Shown here: positions 12,060 through 23,539 of the stretch, piece after piece
How the letters are laid out: every line of letters begins with the position of its first letter
How positions within the stretch are numbered: the stretch's first letter is position 1
Source of the DNA: Mobula birostris
Lineage: Eukaryota
Assembly (NCBI RefSeq): GCF_030028105.1
Contig: NC_092383.1
Span: 86,819,921 to 86,883,920 of the forward strand
Length of the DNA: 64,000 bases
Direction: 5' to 3'
The notes under the pieces: generated by a model
Database searches by the model: none
Seen by the model: the letters and a program-made list of their open reading frames with translations, nothing else
What the model was told of the DNA's origin: nothing
Program-made: the position numbers and the translations under genes

Positions 12060-13020
12060 TATTTATTGTTCAAGTTTAATTGTCATGAATACGCATGAAT
12101 ACAGCCAACAAAACAGCGTTACTCTGGGGCTAAGTTGCAAAACACAATACCACCAGTCACACACAGCACAAAACACTATAACACATATAAATGCAAGCTC
12201 ATTTCAGATATCAGTAAAATACAGTCACACAAGTCCCACGAAGGTTGCAAAAATCTGCAGTTGAACACAATACGGCTCGTCCGCTGCCGAGCGAACACTA
12301 GGGGACAGCACTGACTCCAGCTTGGGCGCCTTCCACAATGCCTCCAAGGGCGGCACCGAGTCTGACGATTCTCTCCCTGGCGGCTGTAAACAGGCGACAG
12401 CTTGGTGCCGAGTCCTTGCTATGACTGAAGCCACACAGTTTTATCGTCATCTGCCAATAACTCAGTGATTCGGACTTGCAGCATTCCACTTTATCTATGT
12501 CCAACAGAGTTTTGTGATATCAAGAAAAATGACTAAGACAATCACTGACTGCTAAACTTCGCGCACCTGACACAGGCAGCATCACGGTCCGCTCCAAGTA
12601 CGACTCCTTCAGTTTCTCCACCAACGAACAACTCGCTGATGGGGTAGACCCGGAGTACTTTAAGATCTTAATGTCCAGCAGGGTCTTATGACCCTGTAGC
12701 AGCCGCAGAGATCGAACGCGCCGCTATCTTATTTTGCTCTCCCATCTACTGCTACCAACCTAAAAGTTCCCACACCTCGCACTAATTTATAATAAATACT
12801 ATGTACAACAGGATAGTCAATATAACATGGAAATACAGTTGTGTCTATATGAATTAAGCAAACTGATGGCCTGGTGGAAGAATCTGTCCCGGAAACAGTT
12901 GGTCCTGGCTTTTATGCTAGGGTATCATTTCCCGGATGGTAGAAGCTGGAACAATTTGTGGTTGGGGTGACTTGGGTTCTCAATGATCCTTCGGGCCCTT
13001 TTTAAACATTTGTCTTTGTA
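12060..13020 (-). mobile_element. composite of a non-autonomous retroelement and a Rex1/Babar-like fragment
   Basis: Recurrent 3'-tail sequence (gttcaagtttaattgtc.. on plus) near 12065, and Rex-like RT antisense sequence at about 12830-13020. Confidence 0.45.
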
Positions 13021-13299
13021 AATGTCCACTGATAGATCTGGACCTATTCAACCTGAGCTTGTCAATGCTGTTACGGAAGGAATGCTTAAAATGGATAGCA
13101 CATCACAAAGCACTTCAGAGACAGAGTGGAAAGCATTACAATATTCCACAGTTGAGTTTGCTGGATTGGAATTTGATTCAAGCAAATATGATTGCACAGT
13201 ATTTTCACTCATTTCACTGAATTGTTGTATGGTGTTGAAACTCCAATCCAGCTGCGGAAACACAGGAGTGTTTCATATCTGTACACTTGTTCTCAGAAT

Positions 13300-13740
13300 C
13301 AGGTTCATTAGCACCTGTCTGTGTCGTGAAATTTGTTAACTTCGTAGCAGCAAAACAATGCAATACATGATAATATAGAAATTTTAAAAATAAATCAATT
13401 ATGTTAAGTGTGTGTGTGTGTGTACTATATATATATACACACACATATAGAGAGAGAATAATATAGAATAGATTAAAAATAGTGCAAAACAGAAGCAATA
13501 TATATTTAAAATGAGGTAGTGTTCATGGGTTCAATGTCTATTTAGGAATCAGATGCAGAGGGAAAGGAGCTGTTCCTGAATCATTGATTGTGTGCTTTCA
13601 GGTTTCTGTACCTCCTCCCGATGATAACAAGGAGAAGGCATGTCCTGGGTGATGGGGGTCCTTAATAACAGACGCTGCCGTTCTGAAGCACCGTTCCTTG
13701 AAGACGTCTTGTATACTACGAACACTAGTACCCACATGAT
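13300..13740 (-). mobile_element. Rex1/Babar-like LINE 3' end
   Basis: agaatcag tail on the plus strand and 3' UTR shared with 1300-1660 and 31550-31870. Confidence 0.6.
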
Positions 13741-13992
13741 TGGCTGGTTAGAAATTTGCTTTAAAGTGTGGGTGTACAGTTGTATCCAATAAAGTAGACA
13801 CTGACTGTATTTGCATACATACCTAATAAAGTATGCTGTACTGTTTTCCTCTAAAGAAATAACAAATATAGAACGATAGATCCCATGTATGTTAAATTAT
13901 TTTATTATCTTGCTATTTACACAAAAAATGAAATTAAGCTTTTACAAACACTTGTACGAAGTCAGAGACAAATTTTCAGGCAAATATAAATC

Positions 13993-15143
13993 AATTGCGT
14001 TTGACAAGATTCCACATGGTAGGCTTATTCAGAAAGTTAGAAGGTATGGGATCCAGGGAAGTTTGGCCAGGTGGATTCAGAATTGGCTTGCCTGCAGAAG
14101 GCAGAGGGTGGTGGTGGAGGGAGTACATTCAGATTGGAGGATTGTGACTAGTGGTGTCCCACAAGGATCTGTTCTGGGACCTCTACTTTTCATGATTTTT
14201 ATTAACGACCTGGATGTGGGGGTAGAAGGGTGGGTTGGCAAGTTTGCAGATGACACAAAGGTTGGTGGTGTTGTAGATAGTGTAGAGGATTGTCAAAGAT
14301 TGCAGAGAGACATTGATAGGATGCAGAAGTGGGCTGAGAAGTGGCAGATGGAGTTCAACCCGGAGAAGTGTGAGGTGGTACACTTTGGAAGGACAAACTC
14401 CAAGGCAAGTACAAAGTAAATGGCAGGATACTTGGTAGTGTGGAGGAGCAGAGGGATCTCGGGGTACATGTCCACAGATCCCTGAAAGTTGCCTCACAGG
14501 TGGATAGGGTAGTTAAGAAAGCTTATGGGGTGTTAGCTTTCATAAGTCGAGGGATAGAGTTTAAGAGTCGCGATGTAATGATGCAGCTCTATAAAACTCT
14601 GGTTAGGTCACACTTGGAGTACTGTGTCCAGTTCTGGTCACCTCACTATAGGAAGGATGTGGAAGCATTGGAAAGGGTGCAGAGGAGATTTACCAGGATG
14701 CTGCCTGGTTTAGAAAGTATGCGTTATGATCAGAGATTAAGGGAGCTAGGGCTTTACTCTTTGGAGAGAAGGAGGATGAGAGGAGACATGATAGAGGTGT
14801 ACAAGATAATAAGAGGAATAGATAGAGTGGATAGCCAGCGCCTCTTCCCCAGGGCACCACTGCTGAATGCAAGAGGACATGGCTTTAAGGTAAGGGGTGG
14901 GAAGTTCAAGGGGGATATTAGAGGAAGGTTTTTTATTCAGAGAGTGGTTGGTGCGTGGAATGCACTGCCTGAGTCAATGGTGGAGGCAGATACACTAGTG
15001 AAGTTTAAGAGACTACTAGACAGGTACATGGAGGAATCTAAGGTGGGGGCTTATATGGGAGGCAGGGTTTGAGGGTCGGCACAATATTGTGGGCCGAACG
15101 GCCTGTACTGTGCTGTACTATTCTATGATTCTATGATTCTATG
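13993..15143 (+). mobile_element. CR1 LINE 3' portion (RT C-terminal half)
   Basis: ORFs 13889-14419 (AFDKIPH..GVPQGSVLGP..KFADD) and 14440-15072; ctatgatt-repeat tail at about 15120-15143. The flanks rejoin to match the empty site in the paralogous segment near 26750. Confidence 0.9.
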
Positions 15144-15280
15144 AATTATTTTCTCAGATCACCTTTTTACTCTACAGTGAAATCAAGAATAAGCAGTTAA
15201 AAACAATGTATTACTTCCCCAAAATGTGTGAACATATGGGAACTGTTACTCCTGTACTGAATCTCTCCTCATATTTCACC

Positions 15281-18200
15281 TTTTTTTATTCAGTTACGCG
15301 ATGTGGGCATCTCCAGCTAAGCCGGCATTTATTACCCATCCCTAGCTGCCCTTGAGAAGTGGTGACAAGCTGCTTTCTTGAACTGCTGCAGTCTCTGAGG
15401 TGTAGCTACACCTACAGTGCTGTTAGGGAGAGAATTCCATGATTTTGACCCAGCGACAATGGTGATATGTTTCCAAGTAAGGATGGTGAGTGACTTAGAG
15501 AGGGATGTCCAAGTGGTGGTGTTCCCAGGTATCTGCTGTTCTTGCCCTACTAGATGATAGTGGTTGTGGGTCTGGAAGGTGCTGCCTTAGGAAGTCTGGT
15601 GCGTTGTTGCAGTTCATCTTGTAGATAGTATACACTGCTGCAACTGTTTGTCGATGGTGGAGGGATTGGATGCTTGTGGAACGGGTACTAATCAAGTGAA
15701 CTACCTTGCATTGGATGGTGTCAAACTTCTTGAGTGTTGATGGAGCTGCACTCATCCAGGCGAGTGGCGATTATTCCATTACACTCATGACCTGAGACTT
15801 GTCGATGGAGGACAGGCTCTAGGGAGTCAGGAGGTGAGTTACACACCGGAGGATTCCTAGGTTTTGACCTGCTCTGGCAGCCACAGTGTTTATATAGCCA
15901 AACCAGTTCAGTTTCCTGTCAATGGTAACCCCCAGAATGTTGATAGTAGGCGATTCAGTGATGGTGATGCCACTGAATGCCTAGGGACGATGGTTAGAGC
16001 CTCTCTGGTTGGAGATGGTCATTGCCTGGCACTGGCGGGGTTCGAATGTTACTTGCCACTTGTCAGCCCAAGCCTGGATATTGTCCAGGTCCCGCTGCAT
16101 TTAAGTATGAACTGCTTCACTATCTGAGAAGTCACAAATGGTGCAGAACATTGTGCAGTCATCTGCGAACATCCCCACTTCTGACCTTATGACGGAAGGA
16201 AGGTCATTCATGAAGCAGCTGAAGATGACTGGTCCTTGGACACTTCCCCGAGGAACTCCTGCAATGATGTCCCGAGGATGAGATGATCGACCTCCAAACA
16301 CCATAACCATCTTCCTTTGTGTCAGGTATGATTCCCACCAATGGAGGGTTTTCCCTGTAATTCCCATTGGCTCCATTTTAGCCAGGGCACCTTGATGCCA
16401 TACCCGGTCAAATACTGCCTTAACATCGAGGGCTATCACTCTCACCTCACCTCTGGTATTTAGGTCTTTGGTCCATGTTTGGACCAAGAAGGTGATGAGG
16501 TCAGGAGCTGAGTGGCCTTGATGAACCCAAAACTGGGCATCTGTTAGCGGATTATTACTGAGTAGGAGCTGCATGATAGCACTGTTGATGACCCCTTCCA
16601 TTACTTTGCTGGTGATTGAAAGTCATCTGATAGAGTGGTGATTGGCTGGGTTAGACATCCTGTTTCTTGTGTACAGGACATACCTGGGCAATTTTCCACA
16701 TTGCCGGGTAGATGCTGGTGTTGTAGCTGTACTGGAACAGCTTGAGTAGAGGCATGGCAATTTCTGGAGCACAAGTCTTCAGGACTATTGCCGGGATTTT
16801 GTCTGGGCATGTAGCCTTCACAGTAGCCAGTGCTTTCAACCCCTTCTTGATATCATATGGAATGAATCGTGTTGTCTGCATACTGACATCTGGGATGCTG
16901 GGAACTTCTGGAGGAGGCTGAGCTGGATCATCAACTTGGTACTTCTGACTGCAGATTGTTGCAAATGCCTCAGCCTTATCTTCTGCACAGGTGTGCTGGG
17001 CTTGTCTATCATTGAGGATGGGGATATTTCTGGAGCATTCTCCTCCAGTGAGTTGTTTGATTGTCCACCACCATTCACGGCTGGACGTAGCAGGACTACG
17101 GAGCTTAGATCTGACCCTTTGGTTGTGGGACCCCTTTGCTCTGTCTATTACTTGCTGCTTATGGTATTTAGTTTGCAAGTAGTCCTGTACTGTGGCTTCA
17201 CCAGGGTAACACCTCATATTGAGGTATGCCAGATCCCCTGGCCTGATGGTCATGTTAGAGTGGGGGATATGCTGGGTCATGAGGTTACAGATTGTAGTTG
17301 AGTACAATTCTGCTGCTTCTGATGGCCCACAGCATCTCATAGATCTCAGTCTCGGGCTGCTAGATCTGTTCGATCTATCGCAGTTAGCACGGTGGTAGTG
17401 CCACACAATGCAGTGGAGGGTTTCTTCAATGTGGAGACGGGATTTACTCTCCACAAATAGTGCGTGGTGGTAACTTCTACCAATGCTGTCATGGACAGAT
17501 TCTTCCGCGGCAGGCAGGTTGGTGAGAATGAGGTCAAATATGTTCTTCCCTCTTGGTGGTTCCCTCACCACCTGCTGCAGTCCCAGTCTAGTAGCCATGT
17601 CCAGTACCTCAGTCTGTGGTGGTATTACCAAGCCACTCTTGGTGATGGACATTGAAGTCCTCCATCCAGAGTACATTCTGTGCCCTCGCCACCCTCAATG
17701 TCTCCTCCAAGTGCTGCTCAACACAGAGAAGTACTGATTCTTCAGCGGAGGGAGGACAGTATGTGGTCATCAGCGGGAGACTTCCTTGCTCATGTTTAAC
17801 CTGGTGACATGAGACTTCATGGGGTCCAGAGTCGAGGTTGAGAGTTGCCAGGGCAACTCCCTCCCTACTGTATACTACTGTTCCACCACCTCTGCTCGGT
17901 CTGCCCTGCCGGTGAGACAGTACATACCCAGGATTGGTGATGGTGGAGTCTGGAACGTTAGAAAGGAGGACTTTGCAGGGTCGACAGGGCTGGTTTTGCC
18001 GTTGTTGTTTCCAGTGCCTAGGTCGATGCTAGGTTGTCCGTCCAGGTTAATTCCTTACTATTTTCTCTTTAGTGGTTGGATACAACTGAGTGGCTTGCTA
18101 GGCCATTTCAGGGGGCATTTAAGAGTCTGTGGGTCTGGAGTCACATATAGGCTAGACCAGGCAAGGATGTCAGGGTTTCTCCCCTAAAGGACGTTAGTGA

Positions 18201-18343
18201 ACCAGATGTTTTTTTTACAACATTTACAACATATTTTTATTGAATTCAAATTCTTCATAGTGCTATGGTGGGATTCAAACTCATGTCCCCAGCGTATAAT
18301 TGGTTCTCTGGATTACTGATCCAGTGTTAATTGCCACACCACC
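15281..18343 (-). mobile_element. CR1/L2-group LINE (AP endonuclease + RT) with an apparent tRNA-derived SINE-like 5' head
   Basis: ORFs 16651-17676 and 16101-16601 (GVPRGSVQGP, FADD). Endonuclease motif GYVLSHRQGRPSRGGG near 17890-17950. Degenerate A and B boxes at about 18240-18343; A-rich tail at 15281-15290. Confidence 0.8.
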
Positions 18344-18439
18344 AAATCTGTGGCAGCTAATCACACAGCATGAACTGGATAGACCACGTTTCAATTAACA
18401 TCTAATGATCTAACCAGGTGAACAGTGATATTGTGGATT

Positions 18440-18985
18440 TATAAACCTAAGAGATTCTGCAGACGCCAGAAATCCAGAGCAACACACACAAAATGCTGGA
18501 GGGGTTCAGCCAGACAGGCAGCATCTCTGGAAGGGAAAAAGCAGTTGATGGTTCAGGCTGAGACCTTTCATCAGGACTGGATTATCAGGACAAGTTGTTG
18601 AATATTGTTGAAAAAAACTCCATCCTCACCCTTCTTCTTCTATTCCCCATTCTGGCCTCTTACCTCTCTCCACTGCCTTTCAACTCCCCCTGGATCCCTT
18701 CCTCCTTCCCCTGCTCCTATCATCCAGTCTCCTCCCCTATCAGGTTCCTTCCTCTCTAGCTTATTATCTTTCCAACCCACTTGGCTTCACCCTTCAAATT
18801 CTAGATAACCTCCTTTCCCTCCCTCCACATTTTTACTATGGTGTCTTCCCTCTTCCTGCCCGGTCTTGAAGACCTTAGCCAGAAACGTTGACTGTATATT
18901 CCTTTCCGTAGAGGCTGCCTAACCTGCTGAGTTCATCCAATGTTTTGTGTATGCTGCTTTGAAAATCCAGCATCTGCGAAATTCC
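18440..18985. mobile_element. Penelope-derived short element
   Basis: Ends cacaaaatgctgga..gcagcatct and its reverse complement. Same family at 26810-27210, 43640-43830, 57590-57680 and in intron 1 of units A, B and C. Confidence 0.55.
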
Positions 18986-19420
18986 TTGCGTTTATATATT
19001 GTGGAATTGGCAATTTTCAGTAGCTGAGAAAGTGAGTGAAGGTATGCTGGGTTAGAGTTAATGGAGATCATAGGGGGAGAGAGATACTGTACATGTGACC
19101 TGTCCAAATTCTGTTCTGTATCATCCTATGAGAAATACTTAAGCGACTTACACAGACCATTTCCTGTCAAAATGGATTTAATTTGTTTCAAGAACAGAGC
19201 CGACACAGATTTTATGACTGTAATAAAATGCATGTCACCACAATGCATGAATGTGTCATTCCTCTCAGCTGTTTCCCCCTAATATTGAACTGAAGTAAAG
19301 TGAAATCCCATCGTAGCTCTTGAAATTACACTGACCAATGGAATATATTTCAGAAAAAGTGAGTTTAAACGTTGCCTGAAAAGATCTGACACAGTCTTCA
19401 AAGGAAATGAAGCCACGTAT

Positions 19421-19513
19421 GACGAAAGGTCTCGGCCCGAAACGTCGACTATACCTCTTCCTAGAGATGCTGCCTGGCCTGCTGCATTCACCAGCAACTT
19501 TGATGTGTGTTCT
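19421..19513 (+). mobile_element. 93-bp Penelope-derived insertion with hammerhead-like core
   Basis: Flanked by acgtat on both sides (19415-19420, 19514-19519); the paralogous site near 58285 is empty. Confidence 0.7.
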
Positions 19514-19749
19514 ACGTATTGCATGCTGAGTTTGCACGAAAGGCCCCTTCTACATCATGTCAGCTTCCTGCTTTGCTCGTTCCTCAGAGGCAGCTTCTCC
19601 AAAACAGATTTGACTGAATTATCACCAAGGCAGATCCAGAATGATGTGCAAAGCTTGGAGTGGAGGTTCATAACTCTGTGAAGCTGGTAACATAGACAGA
19701 CGCAATGTCGGAGGTAAAACAGGCTTCAGTCAGGACATTAACCAAAAGA

Positions 19750-20230
19750 GTTATGAATGCATGTAGCAGCTGTATAAAACTTGGCTTAAGCCACATTTTG
19801 AGTGTGTGTGTAGTTCTGGCTGCCGCAAGGATGTGGAGCCTTTAGAGTGGCTGCAGAAGAGGTTTACCTGCCTATTTTCTAGATTAGGGTATATAAGCTG
19901 TATGGAGTGGTTGTACAAACTAGGATTGTTTTCTGTGGAGACTGAGGAGACATCAGAGAGAAGTGTATGAAATTTTAAGCAGCTTTTAGGCAGAGTCAAA
20001 GTAATTTTCTCCAGGATCAAATATGAGAGGAGAGAGTGGTAAAACCTAAAGGAATTTTACACATAATTGTACATGCCTGGAATACACTGCTAGGTTAGAT
20101 AGGAGAAGATGTGATGATGACACTTAAGAAGCAATTACTCACACACATGAATATGCTGGGACGGAGTGATAAGGAACATCATTGGGGAGATTTGATTAGC
20201 ATATTTGGCATCATAGTAAAGGCAGACTTT
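19750..20230 (+). mobile_element. degenerate CR1 3' fragment
   Basis: CR1 ORF2 C-terminal remnants (YKTWLKPHFECV..LQKRFT). Confidence 0.6.
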
Positions 20231-20889
20231 TCCTGTTTTTTTACTGTTTCATGTTCTATTAACTAAACATAAGCATGATATTGATTTTGTTAACTTCTCC
20301 AACCAATGGAAAATACAGGCAGGCGGCCAGCATTTATGATTTGTTCCTGCGTTCACACTCTGACCCCATGACTCTAGTTTGCAACAAGTGAAGAACATTA
20401 CTGACATTCATAATATAAATTTTAGGTATCTGTGCAGAGGCAGAATTGACATTTACCTTGGGATCATCATGCAGACTCCTGATGATCAAAGGCCTCCCTG
20501 GTTTACATTGGAGAGTGCCTAACTCGGGAATCCATTATCACTGCAAGGGTAGCGGGATGAACAGGAGATACCGACACATGAGGGAGGTAAGTGGAGCTAT
20601 TTGTTTGATTCGGTTAAGTTTGAATACAAGTTTAAATTGCTTTAAATGTGTACCTACTCTATTTCTTCTGAATTAAAATTTTTGACCAATTTATCATAAT
20701 GAACAAGATTGTTCAACGTTACAGGCCGGTGACATTAAGAGATTTTACTCTGCCTCTGTCAACAAGCTCTGGATCAACTGCTACACCTCTAGGTTTATTT
20801 AATTCCCCTCTGCTGTCAAAACAGATGGGGGTGGTTGTTGATGGAGGGGACTATTCCATTCATATGCAAAATAACACTCAACATATATT

Positions 20890-21370
20890 CGACAGGAGGT
20901 GTTTAATAAAGTGGCCACTGGGTGGATGCTTGTGGTTTTCTGCTGCTCTAGCCCATCTGCTTCCAGGTTTGACGTGTTGTGCTTTCAAAGATGATCTTCT
21001 GCACACCACTGTTGTAACATATGGTTATTTCAGTTACTGTCAGGTTGAACCAGTCTGACCATTCTCTATTAATCTCTCTCATTATCAAGGCATTTTCCCC
21101 CCACAGAACCGGCCACTAACAAGATGTTTTTGTTTAATTGTTTGCACTGTTCTCAGAACTGTTTGGAACAGTTTTAAGTATGGTTTCAGAGGACCCTTTT
21201 GGAACTCTAAAATCAAATACAACTCAGGGACTGTTTTTTGTGCCATTTGCGGTAGATCAGCAGTTTCTGAGAGACTCAGACGGACCGATCATTCCACAGC
21301 CAGAGTCACCTCAATTGTATTTCTTCCCCATTCTGAGGTTTGTTCTGAACAAGGGAACATATTGATAAAC
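20890..21370. mobile_element. Tc1-like non-autonomous element (MITE)
   Basis: aataaagtggccactg terminal motif and an internal sequence shared with 30210-30660 and 31960-32500. Confidence 0.55.
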
Positions 21371-21399
21371 TCTCTCCTCTTCCTCTCATTATTTTCTCC

Positions 21400-21778
21400 T
21401 CCTCAGTTAACTTCTCACTGTGAAACTCAATGACTCATGATGGCTGACATTTTCACTCAAGCAAGAAAAAAGTCTTCTGGAACAACTTAGGGAGTCAGAG
21501 AACATCTACAGATGCAGAGTGGTCAACATTTTCAGATAAAGCCCCTGCTTCACAACACCTCCAGCAATTTATTTTTACTCCAGATAACATCTACTGTTGC
21601 CGGTGTCCAACAATTCAACTTTTCTCATCATTTCTATCAGTCATTGGGAACTGTTTTTTAAAAATGTAACTACAAACTTTTCATTTTGTCACATATCACA
21701 CTTCAGTTGGTTAACTGCAGTTCAAAATCGGATTTTCTGCTCCCTTCTTCCTTATTTTGATTTGACAGTTACTTCCCC
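21400..21778 (+). promoter_or_regulatory. Unit D promoter-region relic
   Basis: Aligns with the upstream regions of B (about 27680-28065) and C (about 60790-61150), e.g. gcagagtggtcaacattt. Confidence 0.7.
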
Positions 21779-21978
21779 AATGTCCACTCTCCTACTTACA
21801 CAGACTTTCCCCTCCAGTCAGATTCTCTGCAGGGTCTCGACCCAAACCGCTGTCAATTCCCTTCTCCCTGACAGATGCCAAGTTCCTCCAGGAATTTTCT
21901 CTGAACTGCAGTTTCCAATATCTTCGAACGCCAAACCAAAACTGATGATGAAAATGTCCCATGCTGGTTGTCACTCAC

Positions 21979-22016
21979 TGGGTAGGAAACTAAATTAGAA
22001 GAATTGAAATCCACAT
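21979..22016 (-). pseudogene. Unit D leader exon, inverted and frameshifted
   Basis: Reverse complement is ATGTGGATTTCAATTCTTCTAATTTAGTTTCCTACCCA|gtgagtgacaaccagc: MWISILLI then TAG from a 1-nt insertion. Homologous to the leaders at 28115 and 61194. Confidence 0.85.
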
Positions 22017-22509
22017 TGTTTTCTTTGCAGAGACCGGGCCAGCACTGGTCTGCTCACAGGGTTCTGAACGAGTTAGCAGAAGAGATTGTGGAGGAATTAG
22101 CAGTGATCTTTCAAGTAAGGCTTCAGAGGATTGGAAAATTACAAATGTCAATCAACACTTTAAGTAGGGAGGGAAACAAAAGCAGGAAATTATAGGCAAA
22201 TTAGCCTGACCTCAGTGGTTGGTAAGATGTTAGAATCTATTATTAAGACCTGGATAGGTGTTCATAAATGATGAGTGTTGTTTTAGCTCCTTGAAAATGT
22301 GCTCAACATTAAGGTGGGGTTTATCTGTGATGAATTGGGCTGTATCCACCACCTTTTGTAGGTTTTTCTGTTCAAGGTCATTGGTGTTTTCATACCATGC
22401 CATGATGCAACCAGTAAGAATGCTCTCCACAGTGCATCTATAGAACTTTGTCAAAGGTTTAGATGACATTTTGATCTTCGCAAACTTCCAAGAAAATGGA
22501 GGCAGAAAA

Positions 22510-23330
22510 TACACTCGGAAGTGGAGGTGGCGCTAAACGGCAACTCCTTTGCTTGCATTTTCGGAAATAGCTCTGTTTCAATCTTTAATATCTTTATATT
22601 TCCCTTTCAGGGTTCTTTTGAAGACCCTGACCTGGAATTTCACGCTGACTTTGGTTCTTTGCAGAAATGGGACTCGTTCTCGGGGTTTCAGGACTGGCCG
22701 TTGGTCGGCACGCCAAAGGTTCGACCTGAGAGTCCAGCTCAGGTTTGGAAGCCTAAGATTTCGGGGCACTGGAGATGGGTGGATCAAGAGTCGGTGTCAC
22801 GGCAGGAGATCTGTGTGTCGTCTGGGGAGTCGGGATATCTGCTGTACGCCCAAAGACCAGGGATCATTGAGATCTTTGGGAACAGAGCTCGGAAAAAGCG
22901 ATGTAATGGACTTTTAACATCGTCAACCAGTGAGTTTTTGTTATGTCTCCCTGCTCGCTGGGAAAAAGGGAGACACCTCCTTCTCCCTTATAAGGGAGAG
23001 AGAGAAACTGTGGTATGTCGAATGCTGGGTGAAATGCGAAGTCTTTGGGGTAACTGCAAGTCTGTGTCTTTGCTATTGCTTTGCTCACGCTTGAGTGCTC
23101 GGTGGCAGTGCCTATGCTTGCTTTATTTTTGCCAGTGGGGAGAGGGAAGATTATTGCCCACTGCCACTTATGCACGGGAGGGGGACTTTGGGGTTCTTAC
23201 ATTTAACCGTTGTTCATTCTTTGGGGCACTTCTCTGTTTTCATGGATGCTTGCGAAGAAAAAGCATTTCAAAATGTATATTGTATACATATCTCTGACAT
23301 TAAGTTGGACCTTTGAACCTTTGAATCTTT
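22510..23330 (+). mobile_element. non-autonomous, non-coding retroelement (ctttgaa-repeat tail)
   Basis: Homologous to the reverse complement of 59870-60767 at both ends, e.g. ccctttcagggttcttttgaagaccctga. Confidence 0.65.
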
Positions 23331-23539
23331 GAAATAAGGCACTGCCATGCCTTCTTTGTAATGGCTGTTAAATGCTCGACCCAGAACAGATCCAAGGAAT
23401 TTAATGTTATTGACTCTTTCCACCTCTGATCCCCTGATGGGGACTTGCTCATGGACCTCTGGATACCTTCTCCTGTTCTTAATAATCAGCTGTTTGGTTT
23501 TGCTGATGTTGAGTGGGAGATAGTTGTTGTGACACCCTT

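Noticed and set aside
18240-18343. tRNA gene
   Set aside because: A and B boxes are degenerate and the sequence continues into a repeat body; it is a SINE-type head. No rRNA, true tRNA or CRISPR array was seen in the window.
22521-23297. 258-aa ORF as a novel gene
   Set aside because: Lies wholly within a dispersed non-autonomous element; the sister copy (59870-60767) has indels that break the frame, and no protein motif is recognisable.
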